Source: Nitrospirota bacterium (GTDB lineage: Bacteria > Nitrospirota > UBA9217). Taken from it: a stretch of DNA of 15,257 nucleotides. Shown one piece after another: positions 13,590-15,257 of the stretch (positions are counted from its first letter, which is position 1; every line of letters starts with the position of its first letter). Location of the stretch: contig JAOUEV010000074.1 of assembly GCA_029858565.1 (NCBI GenBank), positions 1 through 15,257 on the forward strand. The letters are read 5' to 3'. A program made the translations under genes and the position numbers. Below the pieces are notes generated by a model, which searched no databases, was not told where the DNA came from, and saw nothing but the letters and a program-made list of their open reading frames with translations.

Positions 13590-15050
13590 CTACTTACCCC
13601 TCCTGCTCTCGAATCCCGCCTGCTTCACCGCCATGTCCACGATAGGCACCGCTGTCATGGGGCTGGCGCCGTAGACATTCTCCAGGCTGATGTCCTCGGG
13701 AACTTCCTTCAGGATCTTGCGCGCGACCTGCTGGCTTGCCGGGCGGTACTTCAGCCGCGCCTCGACCGTGACCGTGCCCTGCTTTTTGATCGGGCCGACA
13801 GCGAAGTACGCGTCCTTGTACCCTCGCGGCGGGATGGTGTCATGGCGCGAGAACGCGGTCACGACCCAGGGATCGATGGCAAGATGGAAATCGCTTCCCA
13901 TGCCTTCGGAGTTGAACATGCGCGTGTCGGGCTCGAGCATGCCCGGCCCCTCGAATCCGCCGCTGGAAAGCACGACCGCGCCCGTCGCGTCCCGCGCTGT
14001 CACCTCGAGCCAAAGCTCACGCACGTTGGTGAGCGAGGTGGGAAGATTATGGCCCGCGCGAAGGTTCCTGACCCGCACCTTGATCTCAGCGAGCGCGCTG
14101 CTCCGGTAGACCGGCAGTATCTCGAGGTCCGCGGCGGCTTTCAGTTTTTCCAGGGCCATCTGGTACTTCTTGTCGAGCGAGGCGGCAAGCTCCCGGTCCC
14201 CGGCCTTTTTCGCAGCCTCGCCCGCGAGGAAATAGAGCAGGTAGTTGGCTCCGCTGAAATAGTGGCGGTACTCGCTCCGCTCAGGCCGCTTCATGGTGTC
14301 CGCGGTCCTGATAAAGGTCGCGGTCTCGACCATGTGGCAGTCCTGGCACTGGATTCCCTTTTGTGCATAGGGGCCGTGCTTCCATTCATTATACGTAGCT
14401 TCGAGGGGAAAGTGGTCCTGATAGTGGTAGACCTGGTGGCATCCTGCGCAGAGTTCCGATCTGTCATGAAGAGGAGATTCGCGGCACTCATGGAACCCGC
14501 CGCCGCATCCGTCCACAGGCTTCGACGGTCCTCGCTTCACGAGTTGGTAGCCGCTCTTGGTATCAACACCCGGCGAGAGAATGAAGGAACCGTTCTCCGG
14601 CTCTCCCGTAGGGGTCCGCTGATGCGTCACCCCGCTGATGGAGTGGCATATGTCGCAGGAGACGCCGGCAAGCGCAACCGGCCCCAGGCCTTTGAGCCCC
14701 GGGCCCTTGATCTCGCCGGTAACCATGCCCGCGGGCGAGTGGCATCCTTCGCATTGCCGTGTCACCTCGTGCCCCACGGCCTTGAAGCCCTTGTTCAGCT
14801 CGCCCTGATAAATAGGATCCGTGAAAGCGAGCGCGTGGACCGATCCGCGCCATTCTTCGAATTGCTGCGGATGGCAGCCGGCGCAGACGGAAGGCTCGGT
14901 AAAGGGAGCTTTCGATCGTTCCCATTTGATGAGCGAGGGATAGAAGGGATAGAAGTCGTGGTCAACAGGAAAGGGAGATGCGGCACCAGTGGCTCCTGCG
15001 AGGGACAGCAGGAGCAAGAAAAAAACCACGACAGGCAGCAGGAAATGCAT
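13590..15050 (-). CDS. Periplasmic multiheme (5x CXXCH) c-type cytochrome, cytochrome c554-like N-terminus
   Basis: Signal peptide MHFLLPVVVFFLLLLSLAGATGA. Heme motifs CAGCH, CEGCH, CDICH, CAGCH, CQDCH. EW..S.HA motif after the first heme and a C-terminal NLRAGHNLPT...RELWLEV domain. RBS GGAGG. Confidence 0.93.
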   Translation of the reverse strand: MHFLLPVVVFFLLLLSLAGATGAASPFPVDHDFYPFYPSLIKWERSKAPFTEPSVCAGCHPQQFEEWRGSVHALAFTDPIYQGELNKGFKAVGHEVTRQCEGCHSPAGMVTGEIKGPGLKGLGPVALAGVSCDICHSISGVTHQRTPTGEPENGSFILSPGVDTKSGYQLVKRGPSKPVDGCGGGFHECRESPLHDRSELCAGCHQVYHYQDHFPLEATYNEWKHGPYAQKGIQCQDCHMVETATFIRTADTMKRPERSEYRHYFSGANYLLYFLAGEAAKKAGDRELAASLDKKYQMALEKLKAAADLEILPVYRSSALAEIKVRVRNLRAGHNLPTSLTNVRELWLEVTARDATGAVVLSSGGFEGPGMLEPDTRMFNSEGMGSDFHLAIDPWVVTAFSRHDTIPPRGYKDAYFAVGPIKKQGTVTVEARLKYRPASQQVARKILKEVPEDISLENVYGASPMTAVPIVDMAVKQAGFESRRGK

Positions 15051-15088
15051 CAGGCATCCTCCCAGGGAGATCGTTCCGAAACAGGCCC

Positions 15089-15118
15089 ATTATAACCGCG
15101 AATGCCGTTCCTGTTCAA
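15089..15118 (-). promoter_or_regulatory. Sigma70-type promoter for the cytochrome gene
   Basis: Minus strand TTGAAC (15118-15113), 18-nt spacer, TATAAT (15094-15089), ending 38 nt before ATG 15050. Confidence 0.6.
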
Positions 15119-15130
15119 TGGGTCCGTGGC

Positions 15131-15257
15131 ATCGGCATAGGGGGCGGCCATAAAGGCCGCGCCCCTGCCACACCACCCGGCATGCGGGTCCGCACCGGGC
15201 GGTTCAAGAAGTTGAGGCTATGAGAGACGCGGTACGCCGAGACGATCAAAGTACGCA
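15131..15257 (-). mobile_element. 3' end of a group II intron, class C/IIC (domains V and VI)
   Basis: Minus strand GAACCGCCCGGTGCGGACCCGCATGCCGGGTGGTGT is a short DV with a CGC catalytic triad. GGCAGGGGCGCGGCC-TTTAT-GGCCGCCCCCTATGCC is DVI with a bulged A at 15138. It ends ...CCGAT at 15131, the AY 3' splice site. Confidence 0.92.
15218..15257 (-). CDS. ltrA: C-terminal fragment of group II intron reverse transcriptase/maturase
   Basis: ...AYFDRLGVPRLS-stop (TAG 15220-15218) just before DV. This resembles the YF..LGL..L end typical of endonuclease-less class C intron-encoded proteins. Confidence 0.75.
   Translation of the reverse strand, partial: AYFDRLGVPRLS

Noticed and set aside
216-15223. 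Long plus-strand ORFs (e.g. 1827-3242, 8707-9765, 10679-12451, 13842-15095) and alternative-frame minus ORFs
   Set aside because: Antisense or frame shadows of GC-rich genes; they have no recognisable motifs and fully overlap well-supported minus-strand CDSs.
3371-15257. Diversity-generating retroelement linking the RT to the adhesin
   Set aside because: The RT fragment is followed by group II intron DV/DVI, and I saw no template/variable repeat pair with adenine-specific mismatches.

Overview
GC-rich bacterial window (Nitrospirota/deltaproteobacterial style is my inference). All credible genes lie on the minus strand. In transcription order (right to left): the 3' end of a class C (IIC) group II intron with the last codons of its RT/maturase; a pentaheme c-type cytochrome; an inverted heptamer-repeat spacer; a macrodomain protein; a 7TM hybrid histidine kinase (HisKA-HATPase-REC-HPt); an NtrC-type sigma54 activator; an AT-rich region with a -24/-12 promoter and three phased palindromic boxes; a stand-alone degenerate LytTR protein; and an operon of five secreted DUF11 (TIGR01451-like) Ig-fold proteins, the last truncated by the window edge. 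The main finding is that the DUF11 proteins split the DUF11 Lys/Asp/Asn motif set. C-terminal domains keep Lys and Asp but end before the Asn strand, while mature N-termini carry an orphan Asn strand. This pattern suggests a sortase-independent fimbria assembled by donor-strand complementation and possibly locked by inter-subunit isopeptide bonds, with tip adhesin, adaptor, chaperone-like, major subunit and anchor roles. Family assignments come from motif recognition only; no database searches were run.
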